Assembly (NCBI GenBank): GCA_964416155.1
Contig: CAYQCW010000001.1
Coordinates: 64,001 to 128,000, forward strand
Direction of reading: 5' to 3'
From: an uncultured Nitrososphaerota archaeon
GTDB lineage: Archaea; Thermoproteota; EX4484-205; JAAOZP01
DNA: 64,000 bases
Shown: one piece after another, positions 17,932 through 29,047 of the stretch
Numbering within the stretch: position 1 is the stretch's first letter
How the letters are laid out: each line of letters begins with the position of its first letter
Translations under genes and position numbers: made by a program
The notes under the pieces: model-generated
Database searches by the model: none
Seen by the model: the letters and a program-made list of their open reading frames with translations, nothing else
What the model was told of the DNA's origin: nothing

Positions 17932-20313
17932 CTATTCTATCACCTCGAGGACACACGCCTCGCCTTTTAGAAGAAGTTTCAAATCTATGGTTCTCAACTC
18001 ACCGTTATACTCGTGGGAGACGAGCTCTCCTCCCGTGCAGTTGATCCTCAGCGGCCTATTCTCATCGTAGAAAACTATCCTCCATGTTTTCCCAGAAGGC
18101 CCTATCTTCAGCCTTAAGACACTGTTTTCTCTCGAAACCTCTATTGGAAAACTCTCGTCGAAAAAGTAGTTTAAGAACGCCTTGTCTTTCACAAAGACTT
18201 CAAGAATCATTTCTCCAAATTTTTCATCCACGTGTTGCACAGGATTCACTCTAGGTATCACTGAGTTCTCCCTGATGAACAGAGGTATTATGTGTAAGGG
18301 AACACTCTCCTTAACCCAGCATCCTCCTTTAACCGGCTTCCTACTCCACCAGTTTAACCATCCGCCTCTTGGCAGGTAGTAATCCACATATCCTTCCTCG
18401 TTTAGAACAGGTACGACAAGCAGGGCTGAGCCGAAGAGATACTCCAGGTCAACCCTCCTAACATTCGGGTCCTCCTGATACTCTAACACCAGCGGCCTAG
18501 CCATGGGGATACCTGTTTCGCACGCCTCGTATGCATGCGAGTAAATATAGGGAAGGAGACTATACCTGAGGCAGGCGAATTCTCTAAAGATTTGAAGAGC
18601 CTCCTCCCCGTACTCCCATGGTTCCCTAGGCGTAGTCCCATGACACCTGGAAAGAGGGCTTAAAAGACCCCATTGGGCCCACCTGACGTAGAGCGTGGGA
18701 CTCGGCTTAGGCCCTTGAAAACCACCTATGTCATGACTCCAGAAAGGCACTCCGGACAGCGAGTAGCTCAGCCCGCCGCGCAGCACGCATGCCATGTCTT
18801 CAAAGGTAGCATGGCTGTCACCGCCCCATTGAACCGGGTACCTCTGTATCCCAGCGCATCCGGAACGCCCCCAGACAAGACCATTACCATTCCCGTAAAC
18901 CTCTTCCACGGCTTCAAAAACAGCCCCCTGGTAGTAGAGAGGGTAGAGATTATGCATCTCCACCCCAGTCTTCCCGTTGTGGAAAACTGCTTGCTCAGGC
19001 ACGGCCTCACCCATGTCGCACTTGAAGACTGAGACCCCCCTTCTGAGTAGACTTGAATGCTTACTCTTATACCATTCCTTGGCCTCCGGGTTGGTGAAAT
19101 CAACTATAGCCACTTCGCAAAGCTCAAAGTCGGGGATATGGATTACTTTACCATCGTTATCTTTCAGAAAGAAGCCTTTTTCAACACCCTCCTCATACAT
19201 GGCTGTACCCTTAGGAACATACGGTTGCTCCCATAAGCATACTTTGAAACCCATTTCCCTTAATTTTTTAAACATGTCATCCGGATTCGGAAAAGCATCC
19301 TCATTCCATTCGAAGTCACAGTAGTGCTTAGGCTTCATCCAAGACGGGTCTATGTGCAACACGTCGCAAGGTATTTGCTGGCTTCTCATCCTCTGGGCAA
19401 CATCCTCAAGCTCCCTCCTATTCCGGTATGTTGCTCGAGACATCCATAGTCCAAAAGACCATAATGGCGGTAGGCTGGGACGCCCTGTGAGCTCAGTATA
19501 CATTTTCAAAACACGTTTCAAGTCTGAACCGTAGAAAACAATATACTCTAAACAGTCATCCCAAATCTCGAAGGAAATAGAATTGTAGCAGTACTCGGAG
19601 CCCACTTCAAACAGTGTTTTACACGCCGTCTTTACAAATAAACCGTAGCCCTCGCTCGAAACGTAGAAAGGTATACTTTTATAACTTCTATCAGATGAGG
19701 TTAAAGTTGTATCTGAATTCCAGAGTAGAAGAGTCTGAACCTTTTTATCAAGAGGCCCGAATCTCTCGCCAAACCCGTAAACGGATTCATCCGGTCTCAG
19801 GAAAACACTTTCAAAAAAACGCTTCTCACCTTCTACAGTTTTATAGCCTAGAGGATAAACTGGAAACCAGCTGCGAAGAATACCTGAAAGATATTCTTCG
19901 AAAAAGACCCTCCCCTTTTCATCCTTCAGCTTGAGGCACCAAGGCTTTCTCCGGATCTCGCAAGACATCCTGCCGGATGAAAAAGATAGAGCATCACTAG
20001 ACTCTACGATACTGGTTTCCACCGGCTCCAAGACTGTTTTCACCATAAGGGGCTCAGGCTCGAATGCTGGAACCCTGTCTATGCCTGCTCTCAACATTAG
20101 GGCCTGTTCACCGAGGAAAGAAACCTCCACGTGCAGGGGGTTAGCCTTAGGCTCTGTTTCAACCACTAGTTTAACCATGCCATCCTGAACACTCCATGAA
20201 TCCGCTTGTGAAGCATAGTGATACTTCCAACGAGTCTTGTCGAAAATAGGCTCTCTTTCAGTCTTATGAAGATACTCTAGGTAATACCTTTTGCTGAAAT
20301 AACCATTCTCCAT
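17932..20313 (-). CDS. GH31 glycoside hydrolase (alpha-xylosidase YicI-like)
   Basis: YGFGERF, SYKSIPF, PPLWSFGLWMS, FKCDMGE (nucleophile), WGGD, WSHDIGGF, RCHG..PREPW. Confidence 0.92.
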   Translation of the reverse strand: MENGYFSKRYYLEYLHKTEREPIFDKTRWKYHYASQADSWSVQDGMVKLVVETEPKANPLHVEVSFLGEQALMLRAGIDRVPAFEPEPLMVKTVLEPVETSIVESSDALSFSSGRMSCEIRRKPWCLKLKDEKGRVFFEEYLSGILRSWFPVYPLGYKTVEGEKRFFESVFLRPDESVYGFGERFGPLDKKVQTLLLWNSDTTLTSSDRSYKSIPFYVSSEGYGLFVKTACKTLFEVGSEYCYNSISFEIWDDCLEYIVFYGSDLKRVLKMYTELTGRPSLPPLWSFGLWMSRATYRNRRELEDVAQRMRSQQIPCDVLHIDPSWMKPKHYCDFEWNEDAFPNPDDMFKKLREMGFKVCLWEQPYVPKGTAMYEEGVEKGFFLKDNDGKVIHIPDFELCEVAIVDFTNPEAKEWYKSKHSSLLRRGVSVFKCDMGEAVPEQAVFHNGKTGVEMHNLYPLYYQGAVFEAVEEVYGNGNGLVWGRSGCAGIQRYPVQWGGDSHATFEDMACVLRGGLSYSLSGVPFWSHDIGGFQGPKPSPTLYVRWAQWGLLSPLSRCHGTTPREPWEYGEEALQIFREFACLRYSLLPYIYSHAYEACETGIPMARPLVLEYQEDPNVRRVDLEYLFGSALLVVPVLNEEGYVDYYLPRGGWLNWWSRKPVKGGCWVKESVPLHIIPLFIRENSVIPRVNPVQHVDEKFGEMILEVFVKDKAFLNYFFDESFPIEVSRENSVLRLKIGPSGKTWRIVFYDENRPLRINCTGGELVSHEYNGELRTIDLKLLLKGEACVLEVIE

Positions 20314-20429
20314 GCCGGTCTATTCTGAATGTGGAGAATTAAAGCTTTACCACAATTCCTAATTAATCCGTGAAACAACATGTTTTAACCCGCTTGGAAA
20401 GGCTTAAAATCCGATATCTTGTTTTAAGA

Positions 20430-21470
20430 ATGATGCCTAAAGAGTTAGTGGCCGTAGGGCCTAGGAAACCCGCGATCCTGAAGTATGAGGAAAGACCGCT
20501 TAAAAAAGGCGAGCTCCGCATAAGAAGCATCTTCTCAGCTGAGAAGCACGGCACGACTCTGCTGCTTTACAGAGGGGAATCACCGTTCTTCGACAAATAT
20601 TATGATCAGGAGCGTATGCTTTTCGTGAGTAGAAAAGGTGAAGAATCGTATTTTCCTTTCCCCCTTGGAAACATGACGGTGGGAATTGTTGAAGAGGTTT
20701 CCTCGGAGGTTTCGAGGTTTAAAGTGGGCGACAGAGTCTACGGCTATCTTCCAATAAGGGAAACACACGTTGTTCCAGAGCAACGGGTTATGCCTGCCCC
20801 GGAGGGTGTAAGTAATGAGGAGCTTGTCTGCGTCGACCCAGCGGTTGTAGCACTCATGGCTGTTAGAGAAGGGCATGTAAGGCTGGGCGACCGGGTTGCG
20901 ATTTTCGGAACGGGGGCAATAGGGCTTTTAGCTCTCCAGATGTGCAAAATATCTGGTAGTCTATGCGTCATCACCGTAGAACCAGTGGAGAAGAGAAGAG
21001 GTCTCGCCGAAAAATTCGGAGCAGACTACGTTATTGACCCGACTTCTGTTGACGCGGGTATGAAGATTAAGGAATTAACGGAGGGGAAAGGAGTGGATGT
21101 TTCTCTGGAGATCAGTGGTAGTTATCGAGCATTGCACCAGGCTATTAGAGCAACCAGATACGGGGGAAGCGTAATACCTGTTTCCTGGTATCATGGGGAA
21201 GCCAAAGATCTTTACCTCGGCGAAGAGTTTCACTTCAACCGGCTAACACTAGTATCCGGGGCTCGCGTCGAAAGCGAGCCCTATAGAGATTATCCTCTCT
21301 GGGATAGGGAGAGGGTTTACTCTACAGTAATAGAGTTTTTCATTAGGAAAAAACTGGATGTTCAAGGAATAATCGACCCGATTGTGAAGTTTAGCCAAGT
21401 AGTTGAAGCCTATAAGAAGGTAGACGAACAGCCATGGGAATACGTAAAGCTCGGAGTAACTTATTCTTAG
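20430..21470 (+). CDS. Zinc-binding alcohol dehydrogenase (MDR) family sugar/polyol dehydrogenase
   Basis: GroES-like N-terminus (KHGTT, FPLGN, VGDRV), Rossmann GTGAIG, GVDVSLEISG. Confidence 0.85.
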   Translation: MMPKELVAVGPRKPAILKYEERPLKKGELRIRSIFSAEKHGTTLLLYRGESPFFDKYYDQERMLFVSRKGEESYFPFPLGNMTVGIVEEVSSEVSRFKVGDRVYGYLPIRETHVVPEQRVMPAPEGVSNEELVCVDPAVVALMAVREGHVRLGDRVAIFGTGAIGLLALQMCKISGSLCVITVEPVEKRRGLAEKFGADYVIDPTSVDAGMKIKELTEGKGVDVSLEISGSYRALHQAIRATRYGGSVIPVSWYHGEAKDLYLGEEFHFNRLTLVSGARVESEPYRDYPLWDRERVYSTVIEFFIRKKLDVQGIIDPIVKFSQVVEAYKKVDEQPWEYVKLGVTYS

Positions 21471-21669
21471 AACCGTTTTTATGGGCGATTCCAAGCTGTT
21501 TGAAAAGCGGGAGACTTAAAAACGTATAAGCAAACCGTCTTTCCGTGACAACGCGTGTCGAAAAAAGAACTGTTAAAGACTTAATTCGTTAGGAGATATG
21601 CTCTAGGCAGCGCAACTACTCCCAGCTAAAGATTTATCTCAGGATTTTGCAAGAAAATATTGAAGAAAA

Positions 21670-23079
21670 ATGATTGGAGAAACCGGTAAAGTTAGGCTTG
21701 GGTTTGTTCCTCTCCACAGAGAACCTTTCGACGAAGAATGGGCTAAGAAGCTACGGAGCAGGACGATAAACATGCTTTCTGGTTTAGGAGAAATAACTCT
21801 TGTATATCCTGACGAAAAGCTTGTTAAAAACGGGCTGGTTAGGAATGATGAAGACGCTTCGAAAACCATAGGGCTTTTTAAAGACCAGGGGATACACGGG
21901 TTAATACTTGGCACGATGACTTTTGGAGACGAGGTCGCAGGCTCTTCAATAGCTCAAGCCCTATGTGTCCCCACTCTAGTTTTCGGCACGAAGGAGCCGC
22001 CTATATCGAGCGAAGGCTTTAGAAGCTCAGACTCGTTTTGCGGAACCCTTTCTCTAACCTCAGGGCTCTACAGGAGAAAAATACCTTTCGACTTCGCCGG
22101 CATAGTGTTTCCAGAGGAGAATCATTTTCTGGAAAAAGTAAGGGTTTTTGCAAGAGCATGCTCTTCGGTCAGAGCTTTCCTCGGAGCCAAGGTTGGCGTT
22201 TTTGGACCCAGACCCGAGCGCTTCGAAACCTGCACTTTCAACGAGGTAGCGATGATAAACAAGTTTGGACAGAGAGCCGTACCCTACGACCTCACTGGCG
22301 TCATACTTGGCTTGAGCAAGATCCCTGGGGACAACCCAGATGTGACGAGGGTTGTTGAACAAATAAAATCATATGCTGAAATTACAGGAATACCTTTTGA
22401 AAATCTGTTGAAGATGGCGAAGCTGGAGGTTCTACTGAAAAACATGGCTGAGAAAGACGGTTTATCAGCACTCGGCTTCAGATGTTGGACTGAGATACAG
22501 GATCTCTACGGCATATCGGTTTGCCACGTGCTGGGCAGGTTGACGGAGCAGGGTTTAGTCTCTGCATGCGAATCCGACGTCTACGGTGCATTAACCATGC
22601 TTATGCAGTATTGGGCAACACTGGGAAAATCTGTACCTCATTTCGTAGACTGGACGATTAAGCATCCGGAGAAAGAAGACCTCGTTCTAATGTGGCACTG
22701 TGGCAACGCGCCACCTTCACTAGCATGTGCCGGTTGCAAGTTGGCCGTAAGGTATCACAGCATACTTTACAGAGCAGTGGGTGAAGACAGGTCGCAGGGG
22801 ACTGGCGAGTTCAGGCTTAAACCAGGTCCGGTTACGATCAACCGACTGGTGGAGTATGATGGAGAATTCAAAATGCTAACCGTGGGTGGCGAGATTGTTG
22901 AAGAAGGCCCTTATACGAGGGGCTCGTACAGCTGGGTTAGGATTAAAAGCCTCGATGAAGTGTATAGGACGCTTGTAAACGAGGGGTTCATACATCACGC
23001 GAGCATGGTTCACGGAGATATTTCTCGAGAGATAGAAAGCGCGTGTAGATTTCTAGGAATAAAAGTGATTAAAGCGTAA
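21670..23079 (+). CDS. L-fucose/L-arabinose isomerase family protein
   Basis: TFGDE, SDSFCG, RCW, ACESDVYG (metal E/D), WHCGN, GFIHH. Confidence 0.88.
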   Translation: MIGETGKVRLGFVPLHREPFDEEWAKKLRSRTINMLSGLGEITLVYPDEKLVKNGLVRNDEDASKTIGLFKDQGIHGLILGTMTFGDEVAGSSIAQALCVPTLVFGTKEPPISSEGFRSSDSFCGTLSLTSGLYRRKIPFDFAGIVFPEENHFLEKVRVFARACSSVRAFLGAKVGVFGPRPERFETCTFNEVAMINKFGQRAVPYDLTGVILGLSKIPGDNPDVTRVVEQIKSYAEITGIPFENLLKMAKLEVLLKNMAEKDGLSALGFRCWTEIQDLYGISVCHVLGRLTEQGLVSACESDVYGALTMLMQYWATLGKSVPHFVDWTIKHPEKEDLVLMWHCGNAPPSLACAGCKLAVRYHSILYRAVGEDRSQGTGEFRLKPGPVTINRLVEYDGEFKMLTVGGEIVEEGPYTRGSYSWVRIKSLDEVYRTLVNEGFIHHASMVHGDISREIESACRFLGIKVIKA

Positions 23080-23238
23080 CGTAACACTAATTCTTTTTTT
23101 AAGGTTGAAAAATCCTACTGCACGCCAGCCTAAACCCTTGAAAAACTCTCCTCACCACGAGTCTCGTTAAAAAACAGGTTATTGCAAGCTTCTACAGAAA
23201 AGCATAAAAAGTATTCAATAGCCACCCATATTATTCGC

Positions 23239-23976
23239 ATGGCTTATCAGGACAGGAAAAGCTTCGCGCTATACCAGCTATACGGGCAGATCATGATATT
23301 GACCCTTGCAGTTTTAAACACCTATTACCCTGAGTACCTTACCTATACTTTCATAGCGTTCGTAGCAATCTCATTAATCCCAACATATTTAAGAATGAGA
23401 ACACAGATGAAAGGGTCGTATTCCGGGCAGCTTAAGGAGATAAAAGAAAGCAAAAAAATCTACGAGGAAGGAGGCATAGAGGTTTCGAGGCTCATGGCGT
23501 CTGATGCACAGCTCACTCAAGAAATGAAGCCCCTAGCAGTTTTATCCATCTTAAGCATATTTGTCTTCATATTCATACTATTGGTCTGGTACCCAATGTA
23601 TTTCAATTTCGCAAGCAGCTTGACAAGCGATTCATCCTTAAACTCATCCAGGTTTCTGATCTTCTTGATCGGTTACGAGGTTCCCTACGCCATAATGACT
23701 TTAATAAGTTTCAGGCAGAACAAGGTGTCGAAAAACTTTGCTCAGATTCCTCGAAGCTATACCATTTTCGAAAAAGGATTGGCTGCACAAGGAGTAGTCA
23801 TAAGTTTTCCGATGGATAACTATGAGTTGAAGCTCGACTCAAAAAGGAAATTCGTCGAAATAGTCAGCAAGGACGAGAAAAGGCCTCAAAGGATTAGGCT
23901 CTATAGCTCACAACCCGGCGAGCTTTTCAGGCTGATTAGGACGAATTGTTTTTCCACTTCGAAAAACACAGAATAA
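23239..23976 (+). CDS. DUF2208-like archaeal membrane protein
   Basis: About 4 TM segments with a DAQLTQEMK motif, FLIGYE, and C-terminal YTIFEKGL..RKFVEI..RIRLYS. Confidence 0.6.
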   Translation: MAYQDRKSFALYQLYGQIMILTLAVLNTYYPEYLTYTFIAFVAISLIPTYLRMRTQMKGSYSGQLKEIKESKKIYEEGGIEVSRLMASDAQLTQEMKPLAVLSILSIFVFIFILLVWYPMYFNFASSLTSDSSLNSSRFLIFLIGYEVPYAIMTLISFRQNKVSKNFAQIPRSYTIFEKGLAAQGVVISFPMDNYELKLDSKRKFVEIVSKDEKRPQRIRLYSSQPGELFRLIRTNCFSTSKNTE

Positions 23977-24140
23977 ATCATTAAACAGACGAGTATGAAT
24001 AGGGGATCCTTATATGAATTCCTCCAACACCAACAATCTAAGCCTAGTATACTCCACTGAAACTTCCGTGATTTTTATTTTACATAGAAGTATTACGTTA
24101 GATAAAAACTTTTCATTATACTTCAATGATTCATAGTGCG

Positions 24141-24714
24141 ATGAAAGAAATAAGTCCGCGTGAAAGATTTAAAGAAACTTTTACTTTCGGTAAACCCGAC
24201 AGGGTCTTTCTCATGCCTCAGTGGTTCTGGAGATCTAGCGCGCGCTATTTCGCCATCTTCCTTGAACCAAGGGCATATAGGCTTACTTGTATAGTAGACA
24301 TGGATTGGATAACAGACATTTGTAAGAAGGCATATGGTCCAATAGTAAGCTGGATTAAAAACATGGGCATCGATTTAGTGGGAGTTGAATCTCAAGGACA
24401 TGCGTACGAATTAACTGAAACATGGGCGAGAGTCGGCATTAACTTCACATCTCTCGAGGCAAGTAGCGGGGGAGATATCGAATAGATTAGGAAGACTTTG
24501 GACAGCGGGGTTGCCGTCATAGGAAATATTGACCATAAGGTATTGGGAAGGGGTAAAAGGGACATAATGAAGTTTCCAGGAAAATGCTGTTCTTCGAACA
24601 AGACGGATACATTCCTGCTCCAGACGGCGTCATACTGCCGGAGGTATCTTGAGAGAATTTCAGTACTCCATAGAAATTTTGAAGGATTATAAGCGAATAA
24701 GCAGTGTAAGATAA
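24141..24714 (+). pseudogene. URO-D family protein, degraded
   Basis: MKEISPRERFKETFTFGKPDRV N-terminus, an internal deletion, then GINFTSLEASSGGDIE*IRK..GNIDHKVL, then GYIPAPDG..PEVS*ENF. Stops and frameshifts present. Confidence 0.75.
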
Positions 24715-24841
24715 TCCTTTTTATAGAAAAGCCATTTATTTTCCAAAATCACCATTATGAATGGTTGGGAATTAAGCCCAGTTAATTCATTGCGATAGCG
24801 AAACTTATTTTTACCAGGCTGAGAGGAAGGCGTGAGAAAAA

Positions 24842-27280
24842 ATGGATGGAAAAAGGATCCGGATATATATGGTTGGAAACTCCCATATAGACCCAATATG
24901 GCTGTGGAGCTGGCAGGAAGGCTACAGGGTTGTAAGATCTACCTTTAGAAATGCTTTAGACTTGATGAACGAGTTTAACTGTTTCGTATTCGCAGCTTCC
25001 TCAGCAGTTTTCTATGAGTGGATTGAAGCCAGCGAGCCTGAAATGTTCAGGGAGATAAGGAGGAGGATTAAGGAGGGGCGTTGGGCAATCGTAGGAGGAT
25101 GGATAGTGGAGCCGGATTGCAACATACCGGCTGGAGAAAGCTTCGTGCGCCACGCGTTATACGGGCAGAGATATTTCAAGAAGAAGTTTGGAATCATCGC
25201 CGCCACAGGTTACAACGTGGATTCCTTCGGACACAACGGAATGCTGCCCCAGATCCTGATTAAATGCGGATTAAAGAATTATGTTTTCATGCGCCCAGGG
25301 TTCTTTGAAAACAAAAATATTCCGGAGACTGTTTTCTGGTGGGAGGGTTACGATGGGTCAAGAGTGCTTTGCTACAGGATTCCCTTAGCCTACTGTACAA
25401 GTGGAGAGGACATTACAGATCATATTGATAAAACAATTAGTATGGTTAGGCCTCCCTCTAGGGAGGCGATGTGCCTCTATGGGAGGGGGGACCATGGGGG
25501 CGGCGCAACTAGGGAAAACGTGTTGAGCATCCTTAGAAGAAAAGAAAAGGGGGATGTTGAAATTGTTTTCAGTTCTCCCGACGAGTTTTTTAACGTGGCA
25601 AGAAGAAGACTAGGGCTACCCGTATTTCGTGGCGAAATGCAGCATCATGCAAGAGGCTGCTACTCTGTTCACTCTGAGGTTAAAAGAAATAATCGTAGGG
25701 CTGAAGAACTTCTTTGTACAGCTGAGAAATTTTCCTCCATGGTCTATCTACTCCTAGGAGAAGAGCACCAGCAGGAAGAGCTCACGGAGGCTTGGAAAAA
25801 ACTATTGTTTACACAATTCCACGACGTGCTGTGCGGAACATCCATTCCGGAAGCATACGACGATGTGCGGAACATTCAAGGCGAAGTCTTAAGCAAAGGG
25901 AGCACTGTGTTGAACAAGGCTGTCCAAGCCATAGCCTCCAAAATAAACACGGGGGGAGAAGGCATCCCTATAATAGTTTTCAACCCGCATTCGTGGAACA
26001 TGGTTTTCCCGGTTGAGGTTGAAGACGTTAACGGGGAAGGCAGCCTTATGGATGAAAAGGGACAGGCAGTGCCTATACAGCGTGTGAAACCCTCCGCAAA
26101 CGTGGGGGACTGGAGACAAAGAATACTCTTCATCGCAGATATTCCTGCCTTTGGCTACAGAGTTTATCGCAATACGGGTAGGAAGGATAATGCATCGTCT
26201 CCTCACGGAGAGCTTATAGCTTCAGATAATTTTCTGGAGAACGAATGGTTCCGTCTGGAGGTCGACCCGTCGAACGGCTATATCAAACACCTCTACGATA
26301 AGAAGAACAAGGTTGAAGTGTTCAGGGGGGACGCCTGTGTTCCAATTGTAATCGAGGATCAGAGCGATACTTGGAGCCACGGGGTTAACGAGTTTAGGAA
26401 CGATATAGGAGCTTTCGGAAACGCGAAGGCTAGGCTTGTTGAAAAAGGCCCGGTACGTGCCACTATAATGGTTGAAAGCAACTATAATAAGTCGTTCATG
26501 CGCATGCAAGTTTCAATCTATAGGGGGCTGCCTTATGTTGAGCTGAGGTTTTCATTAAACTGGAACGAGCAGCATAAAATGCTTAAACTGAGTTTTAAAG
26601 TTAACGTTGACCAGCCGATGCTGACTTCTTCAATTCCGTATGGATGGGTTACGCGTCCCTGCAACGGGGAGGAGGAGCCGATGCATAAATGGGTGGATAT
26701 AACTGGGACTACGGTAAGTGTTGACGGCGAGATCAAGAACCATGGGCTTAGCATATGCAACGACTGCAAGTATAGCTATGATGCTAAAGGCTCGGAAATA
26801 AGAATAACAGTTCTTAGAAGCCCACCCTATGCCCACCATCAGCCTTACAAGCTAGATCCAGCCCAGACCTACTTATATATTGATCAAGGGTGGCAAGACT
26901 TCAGCCTAATGCTTTTACCGCATGCCGGTTCTTGGAAAGCAGCGGATACCGTAAAGCGTGCAGAAGAGTTTAACTCTAAACCAATAGTTTTCGTCGACTA
27001 TCCTCATAATGGTTTGCTTCCGCCATCCTGCTCCTTAATTCAAGTTAAACAGGATAACGTATTAGTCAGCGTGTTTAAAAAACATGAGGATTCAGAGAAC
27101 CTTGTGATGCGTTGTCATGAGGCGAATGGGGAGGAGGCTGAGGCCAACATAAGCCTGCCAGTCATCGATAAAAAGGTTAAAGCCAGGTTTAAGCCTTTCG
27201 AAATAAAGACGCTACTGATTCCGAAAGCAAGAGGAAGAATTAAAGAGCTCGACATGCTGGAGTTCCCCAAGCGAAAATAG
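24842..27280 (+). CDS. GH38 alpha-mannosidase
   Basis: SHIDPIWLW (Zn), GGWIVEPD, GESFVRH, VDSFGH (nucleophile), GDHGGG, QFHDVLCGT. Confidence 0.93.
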   Translation: MDGKRIRIYMVGNSHIDPIWLWSWQEGYRVVRSTFRNALDLMNEFNCFVFAASSAVFYEWIEASEPEMFREIRRRIKEGRWAIVGGWIVEPDCNIPAGESFVRHALYGQRYFKKKFGIIAATGYNVDSFGHNGMLPQILIKCGLKNYVFMRPGFFENKNIPETVFWWEGYDGSRVLCYRIPLAYCTSGEDITDHIDKTISMVRPPSREAMCLYGRGDHGGGATRENVLSILRRKEKGDVEIVFSSPDEFFNVARRRLGLPVFRGEMQHHARGCYSVHSEVKRNNRRAEELLCTAEKFSSMVYLLLGEEHQQEELTEAWKKLLFTQFHDVLCGTSIPEAYDDVRNIQGEVLSKGSTVLNKAVQAIASKINTGGEGIPIIVFNPHSWNMVFPVEVEDVNGEGSLMDEKGQAVPIQRVKPSANVGDWRQRILFIADIPAFGYRVYRNTGRKDNASSPHGELIASDNFLENEWFRLEVDPSNGYIKHLYDKKNKVEVFRGDACVPIVIEDQSDTWSHGVNEFRNDIGAFGNAKARLVEKGPVRATIMVESNYNKSFMRMQVSIYRGLPYVELRFSLNWNEQHKMLKLSFKVNVDQPMLTSSIPYGWVTRPCNGEEEPMHKWVDITGTTVSVDGEIKNHGLSICNDCKYSYDAKGSEIRITVLRSPPYAHHQPYKLDPAQTYLYIDQGWQDFSLMLLPHAGSWKAADTVKRAEEFNSKPIVFVDYPHNGLLPPSCSLIQVKQDNVLVSVFKKHEDSENLVMRCHEANGEEAEANISLPVIDKKVKARFKPFEIKTLLIPKARGRIKELDMLEFPKRK

Positions 27281-27351
27281 TCGATACGGCTCTACTCGTC
27301 CAGCAATCCCTTGCATACTCTTAAATAGGCTCAAAAATTTTCTTAGGGGAA

Positions 27352-28515
27352 ATGAGTTCCATAGAAATGCCGAGCCTAGAAGAGATAAGGAAAAGTAGAC
27401 CAAGCAAGTATTTGGGACTGGGGAGAGACGTAATAAGCCTAGGCTTAGCGGAATCCGATTTCGAAATGCCTAGAGAAGTCAAGGAAGCAATGATAAGCGC
27501 AATTACAAATGGAAGGTATCATTATGAGATGAATGGGGTTGCAGAGTTCATAGAGGCGGCTAGAGATAAGTTGCTTCGTTTTAACAACATTCCCGTTGAA
27601 GAGGGAGAAGTGCTTCCGACGGTCGGGGTTATGAACGCGATATGGCTGACCTATCGGGTTCTTCTAAAGCCCGGCGAACATGTTATCGTCGTCACACCCA
27701 CTTACCCGCCTCTGATAGGCAGGCCCAAGGGTTTCCAGGCAGAGGTGACCGAGGTCAAAACTCAGAGGGACGGGCATCTGGACCTAGCTAGGATTGAGAA
27801 AGCAGTAACCAGCAAAACCAGGATAATTACAATCTGTAATCCTAATAATCCTACGGGAACCGTTTACACTAGAGACGAGCTGGAGCGTTTAGCGGAAATA
27901 GCTGTAAAACATGATCTCTACGTTTTCTCAGACGAGCTTTATGAGAACCTTACCTATGACGGTAGAAAACACGTTAGCATTGCTTCACTGCGGGGCATGT
28001 ATGAACGGACGGTCACAGCCTTCGGATTTACGAAAACATATGGAATGTCTGGGCTGCGCATAGGCTATGTTGTCTCCGAGGGAAAAATAATTAGGCTTAT
28101 GAGGGATGAGAACACTGGCATAGTTATTCATCCGGGGACAGTTGAACAGATAGGCGCTGCAGCAGCCTTGAGAAAATGCGGCTATTACGTAGATTTTTTA
28201 AAGAACTATTTAGAAAGGGTTAGAAACAGGCTTATAGCAGAGCTGAATGAAATCCCTGGAATAGTTGCTCAGCCGCCCGAAGGCTCATTCTTTGCTCTCC
28301 CAGACCTAAGTATTTTGTTTGAAAAAGACGAGGATGCTGTTGAATATCTTTTGAAAGAGGCGAAGGTGTTGGTTTACGGTGGAAGTGTATTTGGGGACGG
28401 GGGCGCTGGACACGTTAGAATAAACTTTTGTTCACCCCTAGAAATAATCGAGGAGGCTTCTGTTAGGATCCGGAATGCGTTGACGAAAAGACATGGTGCT
28501 ATTGACAAAAAATGA
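27352..28515 (+). CDS. PLP-dependent aminotransferase class I/II (aspartate aminotransferase or MalY/PatB-like)
   Basis: AESDF, CNPNNPTG, SDELY, GFTKTYGMSGLRIG, PEGSFF, VRINF. Confidence 0.9.
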   Translation: MSSIEMPSLEEIRKSRPSKYLGLGRDVISLGLAESDFEMPREVKEAMISAITNGRYHYEMNGVAEFIEAARDKLLRFNNIPVEEGEVLPTVGVMNAIWLTYRVLLKPGEHVIVVTPTYPPLIGRPKGFQAEVTEVKTQRDGHLDLARIEKAVTSKTRIITICNPNNPTGTVYTRDELERLAEIAVKHDLYVFSDELYENLTYDGRKHVSIASLRGMYERTVTAFGFTKTYGMSGLRIGYVVSEGKIIRLMRDENTGIVIHPGTVEQIGAAAALRKCGYYVDFLKNYLERVRNRLIAELNEIPGIVAQPPEGSFFALPDLSILFEKDEDAVEYLLKEAKVLVYGGSVFGDGGAGHVRINFCSPLEIIEEASVRIRNALTKRHGAIDKK

Positions 28516-28516
28516 G

Positions 28517-28894
28517 TTAAGAAACAGTGTCAGAGAAGTCGAATTCTATCTTCCCATACTCCATCGTCATCGTGCTGACTACTATTTTATGAAGCCCCGG
28601 TTGTAAGCCTCCAGGCTTTTCGACCGTAAATTTAATCCTGTCTCCAACAGTAAAGAGTGTCGAAGTCTTAGCAAATTCCTCAGCTTTAATCGTCACTCCA
28701 CCTTTCTCAATAGTTATTTTCTCTAGTGGAAGTTCCTCACCGTCTACTGTGAGTTTGAAACCGCCTTCAATAGTGCCCGACCCCAACCTGTTAAAAAGGG
28801 AAAAACTGAAGCCAACATTATTTCCGTTTTCGTCAACAATATTTTTCAAAGACCCCTTCTCATATAGCTGTCTCAACATGAACGCGGGGATCAT
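28517..28894 (-). CDS. Small beta-sandwich protein resembling DUF6379 (C-deglycosidase beta-subunit fold)
   Basis: MIPAFMLRQLYEKGSLKN..GFSF..NRLGSGTI..LTVDGE..KPGGLQPGLHKI. The gene is real-looking; function uncertain. Confidence 0.5.
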   Translation of the reverse strand: MIPAFMLRQLYEKGSLKNIVDENGNNVGFSFSLFNRLGSGTIEGGFKLTVDGEELPLEKITIEKGGVTIKAEEFAKTSTLFTVGDRIKFTVEKPGGLQPGLHKIVVSTMTMEYGKIEFDFSDTVS

Positions 28895-29007
28895 TCCGCC
28901 TACCGTAAGACTTTACGTAAATATAAAGTTTTCTCAAGCGGAGTAATGGGTAAATTCATTTTGAACAAAAAGCCTTTTAAAGCCTTTTCTCATCAAATCT
29001 AAAACAA

Positions 29008-29025
29008 CCTATAATGTTATATAGG
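29008..29025. promoter_or_regulatory. Palindromic site CCTATA-N6-TATAGG overlapping the TATA box of the MFS gene
   Basis: AACCTATA-ATGTTA-TATAGGTT, ending 23 nt before ATG 29048. Confidence 0.45.
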
Positions 29026-29047
29026 TTTAATATTTCATATCCCTTTC

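Noticed and set aside
28968-28989. Tandem AAAGCCTTTT x2
   Set aside because: Only two low-complexity copies; not CRISPR- or iteron-like.
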